Of a stretch of DNA of 64,000 nucleotides, positions 1 to 8,643 are shown in pieces. How positions within the stretch are numbered: the stretch's first letter is position 1; every line of letters starts with the position of its first letter. The stretch lies in assembly GCA_947629335.1 (NCBI GenBank), contig CANRDI010000010.1, positions 693 to 64,692 on the forward strand, given 5' to 3'. The notes under the pieces were generated by a model. That model saw nothing but the letters and a program-made list of their open reading frames with translations, had not been told where the DNA came from and did no database searches. The stretch is from an uncultured Clostridia bacterium (GTDB taxonomy: Bacteria > Bacillota > Clostridia > Oscillospirales > Ruminococcaceae). Made by a program: the position numbers and the translations under genes.

Positions 1-114
1 CTATAAAAACTTGCTGAAATTCACTAAAATCGCCCTTGTGAAAATTTGTCAAAAATGGCTTTACAATGCGCTTTTTCGGAAGTTACTAAAAGTTACAAAA
101 AGCGTTTCAATATC

Positions 115-137
115 TTCAAATCCTGTCACTCAGACCA
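115..137 (+). other. att-site-like 3' fragment of a tRNA-Pro (T-loop to CCA only)
   Basis: TTCAAATCCTGTCACTCAGACCA looks like the T-loop, acceptor 3' strand and CCA end of clostridial tRNA-Pro. No D or anticodon arm lies upstream. Confidence 0.7.
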
Positions 138-230
138 TATGTTAAACCGCTGTAAACCGTGTGAAACGGCATAATACAGCGGGTTTTGCTTACTTGGAGC
201 CGCAGGCGCAAATTTGCAGTCAAAAATGCC

Positions 231-276
231 GATAATCACACGGAATTCCTAAAAAATCACACGAGATAATCACATG
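231..276. repeat. Three short direct repeats (AATCACAyG), possible integrase arm-type sites
   Basis: GATAATCACACG (231-242), AAAATCACACG (253-263) and GATAATCACATG (265-276), about 95 bp from the att-like site. Confidence 0.45.
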
Positions 277-310
277 GACAGAGTGCGCAAGTGAACCAAA
301 CCAAACAATC

Positions 311-1056
311 AAAACCACGCGTGAAACGTGTGGTTTGCTCTGGCGCTTCAAGCGTCTGGTACCGGCTTGCGCCTGAAGGCGCATTGAATGGTCTGGCAAC
401 CGCATCTCATTCACAAGCAGCCGCTTAAGCGGCTGCTTTTTTGCCTCTTAGTTCTTGCTACCCGTAAACGGGTCTATATACTCTTTCAACGTTAATTGGT
501 CATTCGCTATGTCCTCTGCCAATTGATTGCGTATATACTCTTCTATCGCTTTTTTATTCTTTCCTACCGTATCTACGTAGTACCAGCGTTATTCGCCGCA
601 GGCGAATAATGCGTGCACACAAAAGTGTCGGTTTCCATACTTGTACTTCAAATTCGCGTGCCTGTCAAATATCATCAACGAACTTTTTCCTTTCAGGTAT
701 CCCATAAAACTTGCTACACTTATGTTCGGCGGTATTTCTACTAACATATGTATATGGTCCGGACACGCTTCTGCTTCTATTATGTTTACTTTCTTCTGCT
801 CACATAACTGCCGCAAAATTTTCCCTATGTCCGCTTTTAGCTGTCCATATATTACTTGCCTACGATATTTTGGTGCAAACACTATATGGTACTTGCAATT
901 CCACTAAGAATGTGATAAACTATGATTGTCAATCATTTGACATCCTCCTTTGTTTCTTAGATGTGGTCGCCAAACCTACACCTATTATATCACAGGAGGA
1001 TCTTTTTTCCTTTTATATAAAGACTTTTATTCCACCGCTTCAAGCGGTGGTTTTTT
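311..1056 (-). mobile_element. IS200/IS605-family element (tnpA only), inactivated
   Basis: Terminal hairpins CCACCGCTTCAAGCGGTGG (1032-1050) and AACCACGCGTGAAACGTGTGGTT (313-335) flank a Y1 transposase reading frame. Confidence 0.85.
448..936 (-). pseudogene. tnpA: IS200 Y1 (HUH) transposase with two in-frame stops
   Basis: Reads MIDNHSLSHS*WNCKYHIVFAPKYRR...DHIHML...GNRHFCVHALFACGE*RWYYVDTVG...AIEEYIRNQ...DPFTGSKN*, with an AGGAGG RBS. Stops fall at codon 11 and inside a 27-bp hairpin insertion. Confidence 0.9.
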
Positions 1057-1075
1057 CGCTCTGAAGCTACAATTT

Positions 1076-1133
1076 AGGGGAAAACTTTTTTGTATAAAAG
1101 CTTTCCCCTCAAACTCCCTTTTCAAAAAAACTT
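1076..1133. repeat. Single REP-like palindromic unit of the dispersed GGGGAAAACTTTT family
   Basis: GGGGAAAACTTTTTTGTATAAAAGCTTTCCCCTCAAACTCCCTTTTCAAAAAAACTT matches half of the units at 7.4, 8.6-9.3 and 42.9 kb. Confidence 0.75.
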
Positions 1134-1206
1134 TATATAACAAACGTTGTAATATTTTTTCATAACTGTTCATAGAATTTACAAAAAATTGAAAGGACAA
1201 ACCGTT

Positions 1207-1680
1207 ATGAAAAAATGCAAGATATCCGATCTGCTTATTTTTATTCTTTCGGCAGAGCTTGTGGGCGTTCTGTCAAGTCTGTTTGCAGGAAATATCGGCG
1301 AGGCTTATCAGACGCTTGAAAAACCTCCGCTTTCGCCGCCTGCGATAGTGTTTCCTATAGTATGGACAATTTTATATGCGCTTATGGGAATATCCGCGTG
1401 TATAATATACGGCTCCAACGCCGAGAAAAAGCAGAAAGACAGCGCGCTTCGTACATACCGTATACAACTTCTTGTAAACTTTTTATGGAGTATTGTTTAT
1501 TTCAGATTTCAGGCGCTGTGGACTTCGGTCATTGTAATAACTGCATTGCTTGTGCTGATCGTTGTGATGATAGTGAAGTTTTACAGGATAGATAAAACTG
1601 CCGCGTTTCTTAATATCCCATATCTTGTTTGGGTCTTATTCGCAAGTTATCTGAATGTGGCGACCGCTGTCATCAACTGA
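1207..1680 (+). CDS. tspO: TspO/MBR family tryptophan-rich sensory protein
   Basis: Y..L.KPPLSPP..VFPIVWT.LY.LMG, QL.VNFLWS.VYF and PYLVWVLFASYLN motifs. Start taken at ATG 1207. Confidence 0.9.
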   Translation: MKKCKISDLLIFILSAELVGVLSSLFAGNIGEAYQTLEKPPLSPPAIVFPIVWTILYALMGISACIIYGSNAEKKQKDSALRTYRIQLLVNFLWSIVYFRFQALWTSVIVITALLVLIVVMIVKFYRIDKTAAFLNIPYLVWVLFASYLNVATAVIN

Positions 1681-2251
1681 GCTGAGTAAGCGCAACGGTC
1701 TCATCTGCAAAAGTATCACATTCTTCCATGTCGTGAGTGACAAATATCACGGTCTTTCCTTTGACTTTTGTGCGGACATATTCCAAAACTGTTTCCTTTG
1801 TGTCAGCGTCAAGCCCTTTAAACGGCTCGTCAAGGAATAATATCTCGCTTTCTGCAAGCAGTGCGCGTACAATTGCCGCACGGCGTTTCATTCCCCCCGA
1901 AAGTTCTCGAACGGGTTTTTCGGGGCAATCTTTTAGCCCTACGGCACAAAGTTCTTTTTCAATTTCACTTTTTGTGAACCGTTTTCCCGTTACAAGCCGT
2001 ATATTTGCCGAAACCGTAAGATTTTCGCAAAGCCTGTCCTCCTGAAAAACTGCGCTTATCGGCTTGTCAAAACCGATAAGCGTTCCGCTGTCCGCGGGTA
2101 TAAGTCCCATTAAGACCGACAGGAGAGTTGTCTTTCCACAGCCCGACTGACCGACGAGCGCCGTGATTTTTCCCTCTTTGAAATCATGTGTGAAATTGTT
2201 CAGAACAATTTTATCAGAAAATGACTTACAGATATTTTCCGCTCTCGGCAT
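1673..2251 (-). CDS. ABC transporter ATP-binding protein (nitrate/sulfonate type)
   Basis: Walker A GQSGCGKT, VFQEDRL, LSGGMKRR signature, LDEPF Walker B, VTHD switch. Confidence 0.9.
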   Translation of the reverse strand: MPRAENICKSFSDKIVLNNFTHDFKEGKITALVGQSGCGKTTLLSVLMGLIPADSGTLIGFDKPISAVFQEDRLCENLTVSANIRLVTGKRFTKSEIEKELCAVGLKDCPEKPVRELSGGMKRRAAIVRALLAESEILFLDEPFKGLDADTKETVLEYVRTKVKGKTVIFVTHDMEECDTFADETVALTQLS

Positions 2252-2294
2252 TTTGTTCTCCTTTCGCGCGATCGTATGTTGATGTGAAATAATG

Positions 2295-3041
2295 TCACAT
2301 TCGCTCTATTTTCTTCTGCAAAATGCCGACAACAAGCAAAAACAACTTTTCGCACAATAAACTGAGCAGTATCACCGCCGCTGTCCAAGCAAACAAGTCG
2401 GCTGTTTCAAGGTAAATTTTGGACATAAACAGCTTTTCGCCTATCGAACCGTCGGGTATTCCTATGACCTCCGCCGCTGCTCCGGATTTCCACGAAAGTC
2501 CTATTGCAAGCGCCGACGCAGAGCGAAAATACGGCATAAGCTGCGATAAGTAAACTCCCGAAAATCTGCGTAATGCGGGAATTTTAAAAACTTTAGCCAT
2601 TTCCTTGAGCTTCGGGTCGAGACTGTCAATTCCCGCCTGCATATTTGAGCAGACAATGGGCGTGCAGATAAGAAACGTCACAAGTACCGACAGATTTTCC
2701 GACCTTATCCAAAACAATGCCAAAATAGTGAAAGAAGCAACGGGAATTGATTTCATAACCGAAATGAGCGGAGAAAAAATAATTCGTATAACGCGAAATT
2801 TTCCCATAAACACCGCTAAGACCGTTCCCGTTACAAGTCCTATAAAAAATCCGAGCATTATCCTGCACGAAGAAAACAGTATGCTCTGCCAGAAATCAGC
2901 AGTTATTATAAGCTCTCCGAGCCTTTTTATTACGTCAAGCGGAGATACAAGAAGTATGCTGCTGTCAATAGCGAGCGCCGCAACTTGCCATACTATCAGC
3001 CAGAACAGTATTCCCGCGCTTATCAATAACGCCTTTTTCAC
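2295..3041 (-). CDS. ABC transporter permease (SsuC/TauC-like)
   Basis: Hydrophobic helices with SIPVASF and SWKSGAAAEV motifs; lies between the binding-protein and ATPase genes. Confidence 0.88.
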   Translation of the reverse strand: MKKALLISAGILFWLIVWQVAALAIDSSILLVSPLDVIKRLGELIITADFWQSILFSSCRIMLGFFIGLVTGTVLAVFMGKFRVIRIIFSPLISVMKSIPVASFTILALFWIRSENLSVLVTFLICTPIVCSNMQAGIDSLDPKLKEMAKVFKIPALRRFSGVYLSQLMPYFRSASALAIGLSWKSGAAAEVIGIPDGSIGEKLFMSKIYLETADLFAWTAAVILLSLLCEKLFLLVVGILQKKIERM

Positions 3042-3122
3042 ACATTCGCCTCTTTTGTCATAAAAATCAAAAAATTAAGATAGTGCTTGGGAGAGAATAT
3101 CCCCCAAGCACATTTGTTTTAA

Positions 3123-4184
3123 TTATGCTCCGAAATAGAAATCATCGCTCGGCATAGCCCCTCCGACAGATTCGGGGTTCTGGTCAAAGAGAACTTGAAG
3201 ATAACCCGAAAGCTTTTCTTTCATTTCATTTCCTTTAATGCATACGATATGACAATCGGGAATTGCCTTCTGTGCGACCTCGGCGGTGACTATCTTGTAA
3301 TTTCCGACAAGCTGAGCCGCTTCGGAAATATTGTTGTTTACATACTCTACTGAAGCGCTGTATCTCGCAAGAAACTCGTTTACTGCTTCGGGATACTGCT
3401 CGGCAAATTCTTTTCTTACTATAACAACACCCGTAAGAAGCGAGCTTGAAAGACCAAGATCGTCCCATGCGTCGTTGAGGTCAATTGCTACGCGCATATT
3501 TTTATTTTTGGTCGTTGCAGTTGTTACAAACGGCTGGGGAAGCATCGCCACAGCGTCGGGATTTGCTTCGAGCGCCGCTACGCATTCCGCATGTTCGCTC
3601 TTCCATTCGATATTAACGTCGTCGGAAATGTTGTGGCTTTTAAGAATGAAGTCGAGGGCGTATTGCGGCGTAGCGCCTTTTCCTGCCGAATAAACGGTCT
3701 TTCCTCTGAGGTCTTCGATAGAATTTACGGTATTTCCGTTTTCAACGATATACAGAACTCCGAGCGTATTTACCGCCAGTGTCTGTATATTTCCTTTAGT
3801 TTTGGAATAAAGCACCGCCGCAAGATTTGCGGGAACACACGCTATATCGATTTCACCCTTAATGATATTCGGGGTAATTTCGTCAGCCGCGCCTGCAAGA
3901 GAAAACTCATATCCGTAATCGTTCTTTTCGTTGTCGTCCATAAGTTTTACCATTCCCATTCCCGTAGGACCGTTAAGCGCGGTTATCACAACTTTTTCGG
4001 GAGCATTTGAGATAGTGGGAGTGCTGTTGTCAGACGAGCTTTGAGGGGTGCTGCTCGAAACGCTGCCGGAATTTCCGGCCGAAGAATTTTGCTCTGAGCT
4101 GTTGTTTTCCGAGCTGCATGCGGTGAACGCAAATGCGCAGAGCGCCGCCATAAAAATTGAACCTAACCTTTTTTTCATAACCAT
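3123..4184 (-). CDS. ABC substrate-binding lipoprotein (SsuA/THI5-like)
   Basis: Lipobox AFTAC, Ser-rich linker, LNGPTGMG and GEIDIACVPAN motifs. Real start is MVMKK (4184) or MKK (4178) after AAAGGG, not 4391. Confidence 0.85.
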   Translation of the reverse strand: MVMKKRLGSIFMAALCAFAFTACSSENNSSEQNSSAGNSGSVSSSTPQSSSDNSTPTISNAPEKVVITALNGPTGMGMVKLMDDNEKNDYGYEFSLAGAADEITPNIIKGEIDIACVPANLAAVLYSKTKGNIQTLAVNTLGVLYIVENGNTVNSIEDLRGKTVYSAGKGATPQYALDFILKSHNISDDVNIEWKSEHAECVAALEANPDAVAMLPQPFVTTATTKNKNMRVAIDLNDAWDDLGLSSSLLTGVVIVRKEFAEQYPEAVNEFLARYSASVEYVNNNISEAAQLVGNYKIVTAEVAQKAIPDCHIVCIKGNEMKEKLSGYLQVLFDQNPESVGGAMPSDDFYFGA

Positions 4185-4207
4185 TATCCCTTTCTTCTTA
4201 AATTGTC

Positions 4208-4318
4208 CGCATAGTCCGAAATGCTGTATATTGTGCAGAACGCGCATTGCAGAAAATGCTGTGCATTGTGTGGAACACAGAACGCGCATTGTCCGAAATG
4301 CTGGGTATTGCGCGGAAC
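4208..4318. repeat. Three imperfect tandem repeats of 34-42 bp in the TM1266-SBP intergenic region
   Basis: CGCAT(A/T)G..(G/A)AAATGCTG...ATTG.G..GAAC copies start at 4208, 4243 and 4285. Confidence 0.7.
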
Positions 4319-4418
4319 TACGTTTTTGAAGCGAATTATTTGCAGGACAAGATAATTCGCCGCGGTCATGCACAAAATTGCCGCAAGTCAAACTTCGAGC
4401 GTCTATGCGGACGGCTCT

Positions 4419-4667
4419 TTACTTTGAGTAAACTGTTTTTGACGTTACGCCGTTTAATCTTCCGAGTTTTCCCGAAAGCGCCGAAATACAGTCCGCAGGG
4501 GCGTCAATGACTACGCATATTATGTTTAGTCCTCTTTCGCGGTACGGAAGTCCCATACGGCTTTGAATATACTGTCCATATTTGTGCAGAAGGTCGTTTA
4601 CGCTCGGAATGCTTTCACTGTCGCTTATGATCATTGAAATTATAGCCACACGTTTTTCCTGCTCCAT
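4419..4667 (-). CDS. TM1266-family (iron-only hydrogenase system putative regulator, NikR C-terminal-like) protein
   Basis: RVAIISMII...VNDLLH.YG.YI..RMGLPYR.RGLNII.VVIDAP.D.ISALSGKLGRL.GV..K matches this family. Confidence 0.85.
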   Translation of the reverse strand: MEQEKRVAIISMIISDSESIPSVNDLLHKYGQYIQSRMGLPYRERGLNIICVVIDAPADCISALSGKLGRLNGVTSKTVYSK

Positions 4668-4681
4668 ATATGTTTCCTTTC

Positions 4682-4882
4682 AAAAAAACCGCGCCCTTCG
4701 GGAATTTCCATACCCGAAAGGCGCGAATTTACATGATGACAATACTCGTCAATATATTAATTGTCCCATAAAATCGGCTGTCTTTCGGTTCAAAAAAATT
4801 TCGCCGTCAGAGTTACCCAATATCTTAATACCGCAAAGGCTGACATAAACCTCGGAAGGCCTCGGCTCTGAACGCCTTTGCA
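4682..4882 (-). promoter_or_regulatory. ~200-nt 5' leader with intrinsic terminator (unassigned riboswitch/attenuator candidate)
   Basis: Stem GCAAAGGC/GCCTTTGC. Terminator CGCGCCTTTCGGG-loop-CCCGAAGGGCGCG-GTTTTTT sits just before the RBS. CCGAAAG upstream can pair with the terminator 5' arm. Confidence 0.65.
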
Positions 4883-4888
4883 TATTAT

Positions 4889-4917
4889 ATTATACACTTA
4901 TGCATAAAATATGTCAA
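4889..4917 (-). promoter_or_regulatory. Sigma-A promoter of the TM1266-ABC operon
   Basis: TTGACA-17 bp-TATAAT on the minus strand. Confidence 0.8.
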
Positions 4918-5071
4918 GCGGTTTTTTAAATTTATTTTTCAGGAATATTTTTTTGTTCGATGATGTGAGATAAAAGTGCATTCCTATTAAGGAAAATAAG
5001 TGTTGACATTTCAGGAAAATTGTTAATAATAAAATGAAGAAAGGCTGACAAGCTGTGTTTACAGCATAAGC

Positions 5072-5158
5072 TCAATAAACATATTTTTCATAAGAAGTTG
5101 ATTTTATGTTTTGGGGATAAACTCTTTCGGAACGAAAATTAGTGCAAATGCTGTTCAT
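5072..5158 (-). CDS. 28-aa ORF paralogous to the N-terminus of the adjacent 305-aa protein (small protein or gene remnant)
   Basis: MNSICTNFRSERVYPQNIKSTSYEKYVY vs MNGIISNWRTERFYFGKSSAVSYEN, 11/25 identical without gaps. AGGAAG upstream. Confidence 0.45.
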   Translation of the reverse strand: MNSICTNFRSERVYPQNIKSTSYEKYVY

Positions 5159-5355
5159 AAAAACTTCCTTATAAATAAAGCCTGCTTCTTTGGTTTGATT
5201 ACAACATAGCATTTAAAGATTATCAAGTTCATTTGCAAAACGAAACCGCGCCTTTCTTAACAAACAGTTTAATTCACTTCGTCAATGTTTTTATAAGAAA
5301 AGAGCGTATAAAACCTAATGTACATAGTTGATAAGGAAAAAAAACTTTTTATCAC

Positions 5356-6273
5356 TTAGTTTACTCCAAATATGAGTTCCGACAACTCTCGCCTTTCAAT
5401 TTTTGCCATTTCTACGCTTTTGGACTTCATTTTCTTCATTTCTTCAAGCAAATCGTTGTCATTTCTGTCTTTAGATGAATAGCGTTCTTCCAAGATCTTG
5501 AGCAGTTCATCGGCTGCATCATTGCGCTCGTCCTTGCCGAAATCATCGCCCCAATCCGTTCCGAGCAAGTTCAGCCAATACTCCAGATTCTTTTTCCCTT
5601 GCTTTCCGCCCGAATAGAATATCGGCAAAAAACGAGAGGTGTCATAGCCTGACTGCTTTTCCTTTAACTCGGAAAGCAGCGCGTTGACCTTTTCGGGGTC
5701 GTCGGTTTCTTTCTTAAATACCGCGTATCTTAAAAATGTAGCCAGATCGTCCGCCTGGGATCTTACCGTATCATAGTCCATATTCTGCATTTCATCTGAC
5801 AAGATAATGACACGTCCCTTAGGCATCGAGTCGATCACTTTTCCGGTTTCGGGATCAACCAAAATAATATCCGCGTCGATGCTTCCAACCTCGACAGCAC
5901 CCTCTTCACCGCACTCCCTTGCATATCTGTCTATTCTGTTTTGCAGTATGCTTCTGAGCGTTTCACCCTCTGCAAGACCCTTCTCAATGTCCTCCATAAG
6001 CTCCTTAAGATCTCCTGCCACAGGAACCGACATATAATCGGTATTTTTCCATGGTTTCGTTACGGCATAAATATCCTTTACAGCTTCTTCAGGCGAGTGC
6101 TGATAAGTTCTTACATACATATCCGAAAAATCAAAATCGCTTTCATTGTTTTGGGGCAATTTCTCCGATTTTGAAATTAAGGACGAAAAAGCTCCGGCGT
6201 TTTCATAAGAAACAGCGCTGCTTTTTCCAAAATAAAACCTTTCGGTTCGCCAATTTGAAATGATACCATTCAT
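5356..6273 (-). CDS. Hypothetical acidic soluble protein
   Basis: Long ORF; GGAGG RBS supports ATG 6273; no family recognised. Confidence 0.7.
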   Translation of the reverse strand: MNGIISNWRTERFYFGKSSAVSYENAGAFSSLISKSEKLPQNNESDFDFSDMYVRTYQHSPEEAVKDIYAVTKPWKNTDYMSVPVAGDLKELMEDIEKGLAEGETLRSILQNRIDRYARECGEEGAVEVGSIDADIILVDPETGKVIDSMPKGRVIILSDEMQNMDYDTVRSQADDLATFLRYAVFKKETDDPEKVNALLSELKEKQSGYDTSRFLPIFYSGGKQGKKNLEYWLNLLGTDWGDDFGKDERNDAADELLKILEERYSSKDRNDNDLLEEMKKMKSKSVEMAKIERRELSELIFGVN

Positions 6274-6836
6274 GAAAAGCACCTCCAAGAACTGCTTTGG
6301 CTAACTTACAGTATTGCATCACATCTACAGAGTATGATGTAATTTGCCGATACATACGCACAGAATATGCGAACGAATGTGCGAGGCATATAAAATATTT
6401 GCAATTTTATTTTAGCATATTTTTAATTTTTTGTCAACAAGTTTGGAAAAAATGCAATGCACGATCTTCAAATTTATTCCGCGCAAGCGGATAACATATC
6501 TACAAATTATAATCTCGTATATTGTACAAAAGTTTTCATCGCAGCAGAGACGAAACGTCCCTCACAAATGTACGGAACGTAACGAGTTAAAAAATCAGCG
6601 CAGAACCAAATAGCTGACAGTAAAACTCAATATTCTCCTGAACTGTGATTTCACTTGCGCCGTAGTCTAAGATACTGATACCGGAGCTTAGTGTTACTCT
6701 GAAAGGATACCGGTGTGAACACAAGTACCCCGATAAGAAAAAACTCACCTTATCCGTTGGGATTTGGTGAGGTTTAATATTATGTAATAGTAAGCTAATC
6801 AGAATTTATGAGCATATTATAAAAATGAATCGGCTT

Positions 6837-7310
6837 TTATTTTATCACATAGTCTGTAAACCAGTAAATGCAATGATATAATAACCAATACACAGTGATG
6901 TCGGAAAGCATCAGAACTGCCCGTTCAGAACCGCTTGTATCCTCGTCTTGAACCTTTAACACCTGATAAATAATTGCTCCTACACTGACCAATCCATACA
7001 GTAGCAGCATTATAACAGGATAACCTATCATTCCTATGCAACCGTTTGCAACCACCACAAACACGATTACGATAAGACGTTTTTTCAGATACCGATCTGT
7101 ATGTACGCCAAGCGCGAGCGTCAGAATTGCAGGTAAAATGCCGCCAATGAAAAAAGCGACGATGTACATTAGGTGAAAAGTGTCTCTGCCTGTAAGTCCC
7201 ATTCCTAAAATGAGAATATCGTTTACAAAGCGAATTGCACCCCATAGTAATGTTATAAAAGGACAGACCAGCGAACATATCAGTTCTTTTTTAGTGAAAT
7301 CTTTAAACAT
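6837..7310 (-). CDS. Hypothetical membrane protein (about 5 TM)
   Basis: 157-aa hydrophobic ORF with AAGGAG RBS. Confidence 0.7.
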   Translation of the reverse strand: MFKDFTKKELICSLVCPFITLLWGAIRFVNDILILGMGLTGRDTFHLMYIVAFFIGGILPAILTLALGVHTDRYLKKRLIVIVFVVVANGCIGMIGYPVIMLLLYGLVSVGAIIYQVLKVQDEDTSGSERAVLMLSDITVYWLLYHCIYWFTDYVIK

Positions 7311-7375
7311 AATTGTTTCTCCTTAATACTTCGTCATTTTACAGGGTATATAAAAGATAATAGTTGAAAGACAAA

Positions 7376-7595
7376 CAGCGTTTCCACATTCCGACCGCAC
7401 CGCAAGGCGCGGCACAAAAGTTTTTTGAAAAGGTAGTTTGAGGGGGAAGCTATTTTACAAAAAATTTTTCCCCTCAATTATCACGCAAATTGCCGATTTT
7501 GGAGGGGAAACTTTTTGAAAAAAGTTTCCCCTCCAAACCTCCCTTTTAAAAACTTTTGTACTGCCGACTATGCGTTATTTAAGTTTTTCCATCAA
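7376..7595. repeat. REPIN-like unit (pair of inverted REP-like palindromes), inverted relative to 8660-8867
   Basis: Hairpins GAGGGGGAAGC..TTTTTCCCCTC and GGAGGGGAAACTTTTT..AAAGTTTCCCCTCC, with outer AAAAGTTTTT/AAAAACTTTT arms. Confidence 0.85.
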
Positions 7596-7614
7596 TTGTC
7601 ATGTGAACAACCTT

Positions 7615-8523
7615 TTATCTTCCGTTTATCGCGCTGTAAAGCTCGGAGAGTTCTGAAAAACCGTAGGTCTTTCCCTTATAAACTGCGGAAATGTTTCTGC
7701 ACCACAAAAATGCATTTTCGCCGATCACCTTTATGCTTTCGGGAAGCGTTATTGACGTAAGCTCCAAACAATCTTCAAACGTATGCGCACCGATTTCGGT
7801 CACTCCCGTGCCGATCGTTACTTGTTTAAGTGCTGAACAGTTCGCAAATGCGCTCTCTCCAATCACTTTAACGCTTTCGGGAATAACTATATTTTCGATC
7901 TCCGAACAGTCCCTGAAAGCGTTGTTCCCGATTTTACAAATTCCTTCAGGAAAAACATATTTCGCCGCCTCAGACCGTGGGCAAAATATGACAGTTTTCA
8001 TATCCTTGCTGTATAAAACGCCGTCAGCCGAAGCATAGACGGGATTATTTTCAGAAACACTTATCTTGCACTGACATATATTATTGCCTATTTCTATAAC
8101 GCTTTCGGGAATAATAATTTCTTTAAGACTGTTACAGCGTGAAAATGCATTATCACCTATGCTTATGACGCTGTTCGGGATATTTATTGTCCGCAGGCTT
8201 GTGCAGCAATAAAATGCGTGAGTTCCTATTCTTGTTAAGCTGTCCGGAAGTTCTATCGACGAAAGTTTTTTACAATAGGTAAACGCAAATACCCCAATCT
8301 CCTTTACTCCCTTGTTCAGCGTGACTTCTTTAAGTTCAAAGCAGCACGAAAACGCACGCTCGCCTATTTTTGCAACACCCGCAGGTATAACGACCTTTTT
8401 TACATCATCACAACCGTCAAATGCAAAATCACCGATACAAGTTATGTTATCCGGAACAACGACCTTTGACGCAAGTCCCACATATCTCACTAAAACGCCT
8501 TTTTCAGTCAAAAACGAAGCCAT
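7615..8523 (-). CDS. BspA-type leucine-rich repeat protein (LRR_5)
   Basis: Repeated L..I.IP.SV..IG..AF..C units; AAGGAGG RBS; no signal peptide seen. Confidence 0.92.
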   Translation of the reverse strand: MASFLTEKGVLVRYVGLASKVVVPDNITCIGDFAFDGCDDVKKVVIPAGVAKIGERAFSCCFELKEVTLNKGVKEIGVFAFTYCKKLSSIELPDSLTRIGTHAFYCCTSLRTINIPNSVISIGDNAFSRCNSLKEIIIPESVIEIGNNICQCKISVSENNPVYASADGVLYSKDMKTVIFCPRSEAAKYVFPEGICKIGNNAFRDCSEIENIVIPESVKVIGESAFANCSALKQVTIGTGVTEIGAHTFEDCLELTSITLPESIKVIGENAFLWCRNISAVYKGKTYGFSELSELYSAINGR

Positions 8524-8567
8524 ATTTCCTCCTTATCATATAACTATCAAAAACGACCCTTTTTATT

Positions 8568-8596
8568 ATTATATATCATTTTGTGAATTTTTTCAA
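8568..8596 (-). promoter_or_regulatory. Sigma-A promoter of the LRR gene
   Basis: TTGAAA-17 bp-TATAAT. Confidence 0.65.
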
Positions 8597-8643
8597 GAGG
8601 ATATTCTATATTTAAGGCATTAAAGATAAAAAAGCTCAAATGT

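Noticed and set aside
115-137. Intact tRNA-Pro gene
   Set aside because: Only the T-loop-to-CCA portion is present.
4185-4391. N-terminal extensions in the ORF track (SBP, asd, dapA, fucO, M23, methyltransferase and others)
   Set aside because: Internal starts have better RBSs and match the family N-termini.
4755-4800. NiCo riboswitch (ATGGGACAATT resembles GUGGGACAGUU)
   Set aside because: The conserved CUGAGCAGG and GCCGGG elements are missing.
6590-6760. ~52-codon minus-strand frame (VSFFLSGYLCSHRYPF...) as a mobile-element or gene remnant
   Set aside because: It could not be assigned to any family and has no convincing RBS.
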